Positions 1 through 8,810 of a stretch of DNA of 32,000 nt are shown here, piece after piece. Source of the DNA: Alkalilimnicola ehrlichii MLHE-1 (GTDB taxonomy: Bacteria > Pseudomonadota > Gammaproteobacteria > Nitrococcales > Halorhodospiraceae); contig NC_008340.1 of assembly GCF_000014785.1 (NCBI RefSeq), positions 3,060,001 through 3,092,000 on the forward strand, read 5' to 3'. Positions within the stretch are counted from its first letter, which is position 1, and each line of letters opens with the position of its first letter. A program made the translations under genes and the position numbers. The notes under the pieces were generated by a model. That model was not told the origin of the DNA and searched no databases. It was given only the letters and a program-made list of their open reading frames with translations.

Positions 1-2229
1 ATCACCGCACTGGACAAACACACCCCCGACGGCCAGGTCTTCCGGGTCGACATGCGCCTGCGCCCCAACGGCGACAGCGGCCCGCTGGCGCTCTCCTTCG
101 CCGCCATGGAGCACTACTACCAGCACCAAGGCCGGGAGTGGGAGCGCTACGCCATGATCAAGGCCCGGGTGGTGGGCGGCGACTATCAGGCCGGCGAGGC
201 ACTGCTGGCCGATTTGCGCCCCTTCGTCTACCGGCGCTACCTCGACTTCGGCGCCCTGGAGGAACTGCGGGGCATGAAGGCCAAGGTCATGGCCCAGGTC
301 CGGCTCAAAGGCATGGAGGACAACCTCAAGCTTGGCCCCGGGGGTATCCGCGAGGTGGAGTTTATCGGCCAGGCATTCCAACTGATCCGCGGCGGACGTG
401 ATCGCCGGCTGCAGGAGCGCCGCATCCTGCATGTGCTGGACTACCTGCGGGAGATTCATCTGCTACCGGACTACGTGGTCAGCGAGCTGACCGAGGGCTA
501 TCGGTTTCTGCGCGAGGCGGAGAACCGGCTGCAGGCCATCGGCGACCGCCAGACCCACGAGATCCCGGACAATCCCCTGGACCGCCAGCGCCTGGCACTG
601 GCCATGGGCTTCGACGACTGGGCCGCCTTCCAGTCCCGGCTCGACCGGGTGCAGCACCAGGTGCACGGCCATTTCGAGCAGGTGTTCGCCGCCCCACAGG
701 CGGAGAGCGATGAGGGCAGTGAACCCAGTGCGCTGGACGTCCTGTGGCTGGGGGAACTGGAGCCGGAAACGGTCCGCGGGCAGTTGGGCGAACTCGGCTT
801 CGACGACGCCCAGGCGGTGGAGCGGCGCCTGCGCACCCTGCGCGAGAGCAGCGTGGCCCGCGCCCTGTCCCGCCAGGGCCGGCACCGGCTGGACCGGCTC
901 ATCCCGCTGTTGATTGGCGCCGCCTGCAATGCCGATCAGCCCGATCTTGCCCTGATCCGCAGTCTCGACCTGGTGGAGACCATCGCCCGGCGCACCGCCT
1001 ACCTGTCGCTCCTGGTCGAGCACCCCATGGCGCTGTCACAGCTTATCCAGTTGTGCGACGGCAGCGCCTGGATCGCTCGCTACCTGGCCCACCACCCCCT
1101 GCTGCTGGACGAGCTGCTGGACCCGCGCAGCCTCTACAAGCCGCTGGGCCGGGAGGCCCTGGCCGAGGAACTGCGGGAGTGGCTGCGCCCCATCGAAGAG
1201 CACGACCTGGAAGAGCAGATGGAGGCCTTGCGGCTGTTCAAGCAGACCAACACCCTGCGGGTGGCCGCGGCCGACATCAGCGGCGCCGTGCCGGTCATGG
1301 TGGTCAGTGACTACCTTACCGGCATCGCCGAGGTGGTGCTGGAGGAGGCGGTGGGCGTGGTCTACCGCCATCTGGTGGCCCGCCATGGCCGCCCCCTCTG
1401 CCGGATGGACGGGGAGACGGTGGAGGCCGGCTTTGCCGTCATCGCCTACGGCAAGCTGGGGAGCATCGAACTGGGCTACGGCTCCGACCTGGACCTGGTC
1501 TTCATCCACGACACCCGCGGTGAGGCGCAACAGACCGATGGCCCCCGCCCGCTGGACAACCCGGTCTTTTTCGCCCGCCTCACCCAGCGGCTGATCCATG
1601 TGCTCAATACCCAGACACCCGGCGGCGTGCTCTACGAGGTGGACACCCGCCTGCGCCCCAGCGGCAAGGCCGGCCTGCTGGCCACCAGTCTGGAGGCCTT
1701 CGCCCGCTATCAGCGTGAGGAGGCCTGGACCTGGGAGCACCAGGCGTTGGTCCGCGCCCGGGCGGTGGCCGGGTGCCAGGCACTCTGTCGCGCCTTTGAG
1801 ACGCTGCGCGAGGAGTTGCTCTGCCAGCCGCGCGCGCCGGAGCCGCTGCGCGAAGAGGTCCGCAACATGCGCGAGCGCATGCGGGACGAGAAGGCCAGTC
1901 GCGACCCGGGGCTTTTCGACATCAAACAGGACCGGGGCGGTATCACCGACATCGAGTTCATGGTTCAATATGCGGTTCTGGCAGCCGCCCACGAACACCC
2001 CGAACTGATCCGCTACCCGGACAACGTCCGGCTGCTGGGTGCGCTGGGGCGTTGCGGCTGGCTGCCCAACGGCGACGCCGACCGCCTGGCCGAGGCCTAT
2101 CGCGCCTACCGTGGCCGCCTGCACCGGCTGACCCTGCAGGAGGCCGGCGGCAGCGTCCCCGCCGAGGAGTTCCAGCAGCACCGGGAGACCGTGACCGCCA
2201 TCTGGGAGCGCCTGATGGGGGGCGACTGA
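1..2229 (+). CDS. glnE: Bifunctional glutamine synthetase adenylyltransferase/deadenylyltransferase, 3' part (5' end lies outside the window)
   Basis: The reading frame is open from base 1 (ITALDKHTPDGQVFRVDMRLRPNGDSGPLA...). Two nucleotidyltransferase-like domains are visible, with motifs such as YGKLGSIELGYGSDLDLVFIHD, VDTRLRPSGKAGLL and FDIKQDRGGITDIEFMVQY. Stop at 2229. Confidence 0.95.
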   Translation: MTALDKHTPDGQVFRVDMRLRPNGDSGPLALSFAAMEHYYQHQGREWERYAMIKARVVGGDYQAGEALLADLRPFVYRRYLDFGALEELRGMKAKVMAQVRLKGMEDNLKLGPGGIREVEFIGQAFQLIRGGRDRRLQERRILHVLDYLREIHLLPDYVVSELTEGYRFLREAENRLQAIGDRQTHEIPDNPLDRQRLALAMGFDDWAAFQSRLDRVQHQVHGHFEQVFAAPQAESDEGSEPSALDVLWLGELEPETVRGQLGELGFDDAQAVERRLRTLRESSVARALSRQGRHRLDRLIPLLIGAACNADQPDLALIRSLDLVETIARRTAYLSLLVEHPMALSQLIQLCDGSAWIARYLAHHPLLLDELLDPRSLYKPLGREALAEELREWLRPIEEHDLEEQMEALRLFKQTNTLRVAAADISGAVPVMVVSDYLTGIAEVVLEEAVGVVYRHLVARHGRPLCRMDGETVEAGFAVIAYGKLGSIELGYGSDLDLVFIHDTRGEAQQTDGPRPLDNPVFFARLTQRLIHVLNTQTPGGVLYEVDTRLRPSGKAGLLATSLEAFARYQREEAWTWEHQALVRARAVAGCQALCRAFETLREELLCQPRAPEPLREEVRNMRERMRDEKASRDPGLFDIKQDRGGITDIEFMVQYAVLAAAHEHPELIRYPDNVRLLGALGRCGWLPNGDADRLAEAYRAYRGRLHRLTLQEAGGSVPAEEFQQHRETVTAIWERLMGGD

Positions 2230-2317
2230 GCCGGCGCTGCCCGCAAGCCAACGGACAACAGAACCCACGCGGCCTATCCCTGACCCGGCGTCTGGCCGCC
2301 AATGGAGGAACTGCAGC

Positions 2318-3238
2318 ATGAGTATGGACGACCGCGACGGCGTCATCTGGCTGGACGGCCAACTCGTCCCCTGGCGCGATGCGCGCATCCACGTGCTCAC
2401 CCACACCCTGCATTACGGCATGGGGGTCTTCGAGGGCATCCGCGCTTACAACACCGAGCGCGGCACCGCCATCTTCCGCCTGCCGGAGCACACCCGGCGC
2501 TTTTTCGGCTCCGCGCGCATCCTGCAGATGGACATCGGCTACGACCAGGACACCATCAACCAGGCGATCGTCCAGTGCGTGCGCGAAAACAACCTGCAGA
2601 GTGCCTACATCCGGCCGATGAGCTTCTACGGCTCCGAGGGCATGGGCCTGCACGCCGACAACCTCAAGGTACACACCATGATCGCCGCCTGGGAGTGGGG
2701 GGCCTACCTGGGGGCGGAGAACATGGAACGGGGCATCCGTATCAAGACCAGCTCCTTCACCCGCCACCACGTCAACGTGACCATGTGCCGGGCCAAGGCC
2801 AACGGCAACTACATGAACTCGATGATGGCGCTGCAGGAGGCCACCCGCGACGGCTACGACGAGGCCCTGCTGCTGGACGTGGACGGCTTTGTCTGCGAGG
2901 GCTCGGGTGAGAACTTCTTCATGGTGCGCGACGGCGTGCTCTACACCCCCGAGCTGACCTCCTGCCTGGAGGGCATCACCCGCGACACCGTGATCACCCT
3001 GGCCGGGGAGATGGGCATCCCGGTGAAGGAAAAGCGCATCACCCGCGACGAGGCCTATCTGGCGGACGAGGCCTTCTTCACCGGCACGGCTGCGGAGGTC
3101 ACGCCGATCCGCGAGCTGGACAACCGCACCATCGGCGAGGGCTGCCGCGGCCCCATCACCGGAAAGCTCCAGCAGGCCTACTTCGATGCCGTGGAGGGGC
3201 GCAGCCCCGGTCACGAGGGTTGGCTGACCTTCGTCTAA
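2318..3238 (+). CDS. ilvE: Branched-chain amino acid aminotransferase (class IV PLP aminotransferase)
   Basis: 306 aa. MSMDDRDGVIWLDGQLVPWRDARIHVLTHTLHYGMGVFEGIRAY and GSGENFFMVRDGVLYTP...LEGITRDTVI, typical of IlvE. Confidence 0.95.
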   Translation: MSMDDRDGVIWLDGQLVPWRDARIHVLTHTLHYGMGVFEGIRAYNTERGTAIFRLPEHTRRFFGSARILQMDIGYDQDTINQAIVQCVRENNLQSAYIRPMSFYGSEGMGLHADNLKVHTMIAAWEWGAYLGAENMERGIRIKTSSFTRHHVNVTMCRAKANGNYMNSMMALQEATRDGYDEALLLDVDGFVCEGSGENFFMVRDGVLYTPELTSCLEGITRDTVITLAGEMGIPVKEKRITRDEAYLADEAFFTGTAAEVTPIRELDNRTIGEGCRGPITGKLQQAYFDAVEGRSPGHEGWLTFV

Positions 3239-3249
3239 ACGGAGCCGGC

Positions 3250-3286
3250 GGCGGGGCCTGTCCGTTCATTCAAGGCAGGCCCTGCC
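3250..3286. terminator. Possible bidirectional terminator hairpin between convergent ilvE and the small minus-strand ORF
   Basis: Inverted repeat ggcggggcctgtc / ggcaggccctgcc. The stem is about 13 bp with two G-T wobbles and an 11-nt loop. There is no strong T tract. Confidence 0.4.
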
Positions 3287-3289
3287 CGT

Positions 3290-3556
3290 TCAATCCTGGA
3301 AGCCGTCCTGTCGGCCGGAGAGCACCCGCAACCGTTCCACACCCTTCTGCCGCTGGGCCCGGATAGCCCGGAGCTTGCCTTCGATCTCCTCACGGTCGTC
3401 ACGGTTGGGGTTCTCGTCCAGCTTGGCCTGAAACTTCCGCTGCTTCTCCCTGAGTTCGCGCAGGACCAGACGGATAGAATCCATCTCCTTTTCCTGCTCA
3501 CTCCGTTCTGCGTTCAGGAAGTCCCGTAATCTGGACAATAGCTTCTTGGTCTTCAT
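3290..3556 (-). CDS. Small highly charged, probably coiled-coil protein, uncharacterised
   Basis: 88 aa, MKTKKLLSRLRDFLNAERSEQEKEMDSIRLVLRELREKQRKFQAKLDENPNRDDREEIEGKLRAIRAQRQKGVERLRVLSGRQDGFQD. It lies 49 bp downstream of the Na/Pi cotransporter on the same strand, with a weak SD-like ggtgggag upstream. Confidence 0.7.
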   Translation of the reverse strand: MKTKKLLSRLRDFLNAERSEQEKEMDSIRLVLRELREKQRKFQAKLDENPNRDDREEIEGKLRAIRAQRQKGVERLRVLSGRQDGFQD

Positions 3557-3605
3557 AGGGTTGCTCCCACCCGAAAGATCGCCGCCACCCCAACCCGCTC
3601 AGCCG

Positions 3606-5441
3606 TCACAACGTCCGCCCCTTGCTCTCAGAGGAGACCTCCTCGACAGCCGCCTGAATCTCTTCATCGCTGAGCGCGACCTGACTCTGCGCCAGGCGCA
3701 CCTCCTTTTCCTTGGCCACCAGCAAGATCTGCGCCGCCTCGATAAGCAGACGGGCAATATCATAGGCGTACCCCGCATCATTCATCAGCGAGGTGGCCTC
3801 GGCACCGCGCATGCGCCGCTCCCTGATCGCCTCCTCCAGCCGGGCGCTGAACCCCCGGTAGAAGCGCTCCACGCTGACCTTGTAGGCATCAAGCGCGAGT
3901 ACGGTGGAGGCTCCGGGTTCCTCCTGGCGCAGTTGCTCAATCTCGCGCAACAGCCCTGCAATCAGCAGCCGGATCTCGTCGTAGCGCTCGCGGATGGCGC
4001 GGTTACGGGACAGGCCAAGCCGCGACAGGTTCTTGTGCAAGTGCTTCATGTCCTTCACCGCCAGCACAATATTCTGGCTGGCGTGGCGCAGTTCGTAGAG
4101 CTGCTCGGTGGCGGCGGCCGGAGTATCACCACTGGTCCCGCTCTCGCTGATGAATTCCACGATGGCGCTCTGCAGGCTCTTGATCCGCTGCTCGTAATCG
4201 TCATCGATATCCAGCGGCATGATGCGCTGGGTACGGGCCACAGCGTCGCTCAACGACTGCTCGGAGCGAACCACCGTGCGCCGCAGACTGAGCCCGTGGG
4301 TGATCAGCGAAAAGGCATTCTCGTACAGGTGCCAGACCTCCTTGCGCACTGCGGCCACGGTGACCTCCGGCACCTTCAGCGCGTCCTTGTGCAGGAACTG
4401 CGGCCTGACCGTGCGCTTGGAGACGAATGTCACATAGTGCTCCAGCAGGCTGGCAAACTGCTTGGTGAAGGGCGCGAAGATCATCACGCCCAACAAATTG
4501 AACAGGGTATGGAACAGCGCCAGGCGAAGCAGAAAGTCGTCCTCGGCAAAGCCCAGCAGGTTGCCGCCGAAATCCACACCCAAACGGATCCAGTCCATGA
4601 ACGCCACCGCCACCACGGCGGTCACGATATTAAAGACCACGTGCGCCACCGCCAGCCGCTTGCCGCCCAGGTGCGCGGTCATGCCACCCAGGGCCGTGGT
4701 CACCGCCGTCCCCAGGTTGGCGCCGATGGCCAGGGCCAGGCCGTTCTCGTAGGTGACCTGCCCGGCCGCCAGGGCGGTGATCACCACCAGCAAGGTGGCG
4801 TGGCTGGACTGCATGATCACCGTGATGAGCATGCCGATGCCGATGTAGACCAGCAGCCCGGCCATCCCCTCCATGGAGTAGGCGGCCAGGTCGAAGGTCT
4901 CCTGGAAGGCGTCGAAGCCCTCCTTCATGTAGTGGATACCCAGGAAGAGAAAGCCGATGCCCAGCAGGATATTGCCCGCCCCCTTGGCCATCTTACCGCG
5001 CTGGAACATCAGCACGATGGCGAAGACCAGTAACGGCATGGCGTAGGCGGAGATGTTCACCCGCAGGCCCAGGCCGGCGATCAGCCAGGCACCCGTGGTG
5101 GTCCCCAGGTTGGTCCCCAGCACCACGCCGATGCCCGCGGCCAGCGGGATCATCTGGGCGCTGACGAAGGAGATGGTGACCAGCGAGACCAGGGTGCTGG
5201 ACTGCATCAGCGTGGTGCTGGCGATGCCGAAGCCCACGCTCTTCCACAACCGATTGGTGGAAGCCTCGAGCAGGGTCTCCAGGGTGCCGCCGGTAAAGGT
5301 GCGGAAACCCTGCTCCAGCGACATCATGCCGAACAGGAAGATGGCCACGCCGGCGGCGATCTCGGTGAAATCTCCACTCTGCCAGAAGCCCCAGGCCAGG
5401 ATGCCCAGGACAATGGCGAGCACCACCGCGCGGAGACTCAT
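3606..5441 (-). CDS. Na+/phosphate cotransporter family protein with C-terminal PhoU-like helical domain
   Basis: 611 aa with multiple TM segments and paired repeats (LFLFGMMSLEQGF..., TLMQSSTLVSLVTISFV, GTNLGTTTGAWL; GANLGTAVTTALGGM, MQSSHATLLVVITALA) typical of the NptA/Na-Pi family. The C-terminal region is helical and PhoU-like. Confidence 0.9.
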   Translation of the reverse strand: MSLRAVVLAIVLGILAWGFWQSGDFTEIAAGVAIFLFGMMSLEQGFRTFTGGTLETLLEASTNRLWKSVGFGIASTTLMQSSTLVSLVTISFVSAQMIPLAAGIGVVLGTNLGTTTGAWLIAGLGLRVNISAYAMPLLVFAIVLMFQRGKMAKGAGNILLGIGFLFLGIHYMKEGFDAFQETFDLAAYSMEGMAGLLVYIGIGMLITVIMQSSHATLLVVITALAAGQVTYENGLALAIGANLGTAVTTALGGMTAHLGGKRLAVAHVVFNIVTAVVAVAFMDWIRLGVDFGGNLLGFAEDDFLLRLALFHTLFNLLGVMIFAPFTKQFASLLEHYVTFVSKRTVRPQFLHKDALKVPEVTVAAVRKEVWHLYENAFSLITHGLSLRRTVVRSEQSLSDAVARTQRIMPLDIDDDYEQRIKSLQSAIVEFISESGTSGDTPAAATEQLYELRHASQNIVLAVKDMKHLHKNLSRLGLSRNRAIRERYDEIRLLIAGLLREIEQLRQEEPGASTVLALDAYKVSVERFYRGFSARLEEAIRERRMRGAEATSLMNDAGYAYDIARLLIEAAQILLVAKEKEVRLAQSQVALSDEEIQAAVEEVSSESKGRTL

Positions 5442-5577
5442 AACCGCGCCATGCCCCCCGGCTGAAGCCCGACTCTGCCCAACTGGGCCTGCATCGGCAG
5501 CATTCCACTCCCCGATTAGGTATTCGTTACCCCTATCATGCGCCCGGTCACACAGGTAGGGTCAAGTGCCCGGGGGG

Positions 5578-8500
5578 TCAATCGTCCTCGCCCATGGCGA
5601 ACAGACTGGCGTTGCCACCGGCGGCAGCAGTGTTGACGGTCACGACCCGCTCGGCGGCGAAACGCAGCAGGTAGTGCGGCCCACCAGCCTTGAAACCGGT
5701 GCCCGACAGGCCCTCGCCACCAAAGGGCTGGCTACCCACTACCGCCCCCACCATGTCGCGGTTGACGTAGGCATTGCCCACCCGGGCGCGGTTCACCACC
5801 GCGGCGGCGGTCTCGTCCACCCTGCTGTGCACTCCCAGAGTCAGGCCGTAGCCCAGGCCGTTGATCCGGTCCACCAGCGCATCCAGCTCGCCGGCCCGCC
5901 AGGTCACCCAATGCAACAGCGGCCCGAAATGCTCCCGGCCCAACTGGTCGATACGGTCGAGACGGTAGAGGGCAGGGGCAACGAAGCTGCCCCGCTCACA
6001 CTCCGGTCGCAGCGGGGCCTGGTGCAGCAGGCGCCCCGCACTGACCATCCGCTCATGGTGGGCCAGCAGGCCATCCCGGGCGGCCGGGTCGATAACCGGT
6101 CCCACGTCGGTGGCCAGCCAGTGGGGATCGCCGACGGTGAGGGCGTCCATGGCCCCCTTGAGCATCGCCAGCAGGTCATCGGCAATATCCTCCTGCACGC
6201 AGAGCAGGCGCAGGGCCGAACACCGCTGGCCGGCGCTGTGGAAGGCCGAGCGAATGATGTCCACCACCACCTGCTCGGGCAGCGCACTGGAGTCCACCAC
6301 CATGGCGTTGAGCCCGCCGGTCTCGGCGATCAACGGCACAATGGGGCCCTCACGCTGCGCCAGCCCCTGCTGGATACGCCGTGCGGTGTCGGTGCCCCCG
6401 GTGAAGGCCACGCCGGAGATGCGGGGGTCCGCGACCAGGTGCGGGCCGATCTCGCCGCCGTCGCCGGGCAGCAGGTGCAGGGCAGTCTCGGGGATACCGG
6501 CCCGATGCATCAACGCCACCGCCTGATGGGCGATCAGGCTGGCCTGTTCCGCCGGCTTGGCGACCACCGTGTTGCCCGCGGCCAGGGCGGCGGTGACCTG
6601 GCCGGTGAAGATCGCCAACGGGAAGTTCCAGGGACTGATGCAGAGGAAGGTCCCGCGCGGGTGGAGGCGCAGTTCGTTACGCTCGCCGGTGGGGCCGGGC
6701 AGCACGGTGGCCTGCCCGAACAGGCGACGGGCCTGGTGCGCGTAGTAACGGCAGAAGTCGGCCGCCTCACGCACCTCGGCAATGCCGTCCTTCAGCCCCT
6801 TGCCCGCCTCCCGGGTGCACAGGGCCATCAGTTCGGCGCCATGCGCCTCGTAGAGTTCGGCGATCTGCTCCAGGGCCCGGGCGCGGGTCTCGGCCCGGGT
6901 ATTGGCCCAGGTCTCCCGACCGGCCACGGCCGCCTCCAGGGCGTGTTCCACGTCGGCATGCTCGGACCAGACCACTCGGCCCACCTGGCGCTCACGGTCC
7001 GCGGGGCAGTGCACCGCCTCACCCGCGCCCGCCTTGACCTGGCCGTCGATCAGCGGCGCGGCCCGCCAGGCATGTTCGCTGGCGGCCTCCATGGCCTCGG
7101 CCAGCCAGACCATCTCGTGGCGGTCGGAGAAATCCAACCCGATGCTGTTCAGACGCTGTTCGCCGTAGAGGTCCCGGGGCAGCGGGATGCGCGGGTGGCG
7201 CAGACTCTCGCGGGCGCGCAGGCTGGACGCCGGGTCAGCGACCAGGGCCTCCACGTCGCCCTCGTGGATACGGTTGACGAAGGAGGAGTTGGCGCCGTTC
7301 TCCAGCAGGCGCCGGACCAGGTAGGCGAGCAGTTCCTCGTGACTGCCCACCGGGGCGTAGATGCGGCAGGGGATATCCGGCCCGCCAGCGCGTCCCAGCA
7401 ACTGCTCGTAGAGCGCCTCGCCCATCCCGTGCAGCCGCTGAAACTCGTAGGGCTGGCGGCCGGCCAGTTCCATGACTGCCGCGACGGTATGGGCGTTGTG
7501 GGTGGCGAATTGCGGGTAGAGGTGCGGGCACTCGCTGAGCAGGCGCCGGGCGCAGGCCAGATAGGCGACGTCGGTGGCCGCCTTGCGGGTGAAGACCGGG
7601 TAGTCCCTCAGGCCCTGGACCTGGGTCTCCTTGATCTCTGTGTCCCAATAGGCGCCCTTGACCAGGCGCACCATCAGCGCGCGGTTTTGCCTGGCCGCCT
7701 GCGCCTCGAGCCAGCCTACCAGGGCATAGCAGCGCTTCTGGTAGGCCTGGATCGCCAGGCCGAAGCCCTCCCAGTCCGCCAGCCCCGGCTCGGCAAGCAC
7801 CGCCTCAATCACATCCAGCGACAGGTCCAGGCGCCAGGACTCCTCGGCATCCACACAGAGGGCGATGTTGTAGTCGCGGGCCAGTTCGCAGAGCTGCAAC
7901 AGCCGGGGCAGGACCGTGCCCATCACCCGTGCCTCCTGACCCGGCTCGTAGCGCGGATCCAGGGCGGAGAGCTTCACCGAGACCCCGGCCCGGTCGCGGA
8001 TGCGGGCCTGCGGGTCCACTGCCTTGCCGACCCGGTGGATGGCGTTGCGGTAGGCCTCGAAGTAGGCCTGGGCGTCGGCGTCGGTGCGGGCGGCCTCGCC
8101 CAACATGTCGTAGGAGTAGCGGTAGCCCTTGCGCTCGTTGGGGTGGGCCCGTTTCAGCGCCTCATCGATATCCCGCCCCAGGACGAAGGTGTCGGCCAGC
8201 AGGCCCATGGCCCGGCGCACCGCGGTGCGGATGACCGGTTCGCCCGCGCGCGCCACCATGTGGTGCAGGACCCCGCCCAGCCAGCGGTCGCGGTCATCGG
8301 TATCGATGATCCGCTCGGTGAGCAGCAGGCCCCAGGTGGCGGCATTGACGAACAGCGGCCGGTCCCGCCCCAGGTGGGTCTCCCAATGCGAGGCGGTCAG
8401 CTTGTCGTGGATGAGCTTGTCCGCGGTGTAGCGGTCGGGCACTCGCAGCAGGGCCTCGGCCAGACACATGAGCACGATGCCCTCCTCGCTGGAGAGGTCG

Positions 8501-8730
8501 TACTCGTGCAACAGCGCGTCCACCCCGAACTCCCCCTTTTGCGCGCTGATCATGCCCATGACCAGCGATCGGGCGTGCGCCTGGATGCGCCGGTTGGCGG
8601 TTTCGCCCAACGCGGCCCGCTCCAGCATGACCGATGTGACCTTGGCCTCGTCGGCGCGGTAGGCCTCGGCGAGGACGGCCCGCTCCGGGTGCAGCAAGGC
8701 GTCGGGTTGCGGGTGAACAAAATGGCTCAT
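5578..8730 (-). CDS. putA: Bifunctional proline dehydrogenase / L-glutamate gamma-semialdehyde (P5C) dehydrogenase
   Basis: About 1050 aa from MSHFVHPQPDALLHPERAV. The ProDH domain has RDRAGVSVKLSALDPRYEP and MVRLVKGAYWDTEIKETQ. The ALDH domain has FISPWNFPLAIFTGQVTAALAAGNTVVAKPAEQ, GVAFTGGTDTARRI and FHSAGQRCSALRLLC. The upstream extension in the ORF track is probably untranslated. Confidence 0.95.
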   Translation of the reverse strand: MSHFVHPQPDALLHPERAVLAEAYRADEAKVTSVMLERAALGETANRRIQAHARSLVMGMISAQKGEFGVDALLHEYDLSSEEGIVLMCLAEALLRVPDRYTADKLIHDKLTASHWETHLGRDRPLFVNAATWGLLLTERIIDTDDRDRWLGGVLHHMVARAGEPVIRTAVRRAMGLLADTFVLGRDIDEALKRAHPNERKGYRYSYDMLGEAARTDADAQAYFEAYRNAIHRVGKAVDPQARIRDRAGVSVKLSALDPRYEPGQEARVMGTVLPRLLQLCELARDYNIALCVDAEESWRLDLSLDVIEAVLAEPGLADWEGFGLAIQAYQKRCYALVGWLEAQAARQNRALMVRLVKGAYWDTEIKETQVQGLRDYPVFTRKAATDVAYLACARRLLSECPHLYPQFATHNAHTVAAVMELAGRQPYEFQRLHGMGEALYEQLLGRAGGPDIPCRIYAPVGSHEELLAYLVRRLLENGANSSFVNRIHEGDVEALVADPASSLRARESLRHPRIPLPRDLYGEQRLNSIGLDFSDRHEMVWLAEAMEAASEHAWRAAPLIDGQVKAGAGEAVHCPADRERQVGRVVWSEHADVEHALEAAVAGRETWANTRAETRARALEQIAELYEAHGAELMALCTREAGKGLKDGIAEVREAADFCRYYAHQARRLFGQATVLPGPTGERNELRLHPRGTFLCISPWNFPLAIFTGQVTAALAAGNTVVAKPAEQASLIAHQAVALMHRAGIPETALHLLPGDGGEIGPHLVADPRISGVAFTGGTDTARRIQQGLAQREGPIVPLIAETGGLNAMVVDSSALPEQVVVDIIRSAFHSAGQRCSALRLLCVQEDIADDLLAMLKGAMDALTVGDPHWLATDVGPVIDPAARDGLLAHHERMVSAGRLLHQAPLRPECERGSFVAPALYRLDRIDQLGREHFGPLLHWVTWRAGELDALVDRINGLGYGLTLGVHSRVDETAAAVVNRARVGNAYVNRDMVGAVVGSQPFGGEGLSGTGFKAGGPHYLLRFAAERVVTVNTAAAGGNASLFAMGEDD

Positions 8731-8773
8731 TGGTAAAGTCTGGACCACGGGCCTGTGGCTGCAAGGGAACCCG

Positions 8774-8779
8774 TATAAT
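8774..8779 (+). promoter_or_regulatory. Candidate sigma70 -10 hexamer (TATAAT) upstream of the thioredoxin/DsbD-like gene
   Basis: Perfect TATAAT in ccgTATAATcgg, 32 bp upstream of the ATG at 8811. The -35 is weak. Confidence 0.35.
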
Positions 8780-8810
8780 CGGACAGACCACCGTGCAGGA
8801 GGGGACCCCC

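Noticed and set aside
3546-5033. 495-aa plus-strand ORF opposite the Na/Pi transporter
   Set aside because: Antisense shadow ORF. The transporter on the minus strand has clear TM repeats and family motifs.
5566-8736. 1056-aa plus-strand ORF fully antisense to putA
   Set aside because: High-GC codon structure opens the opposite frame. The minus strand encodes unmistakable PutA motifs, while this translation is low-complexity with no recognisable domain.
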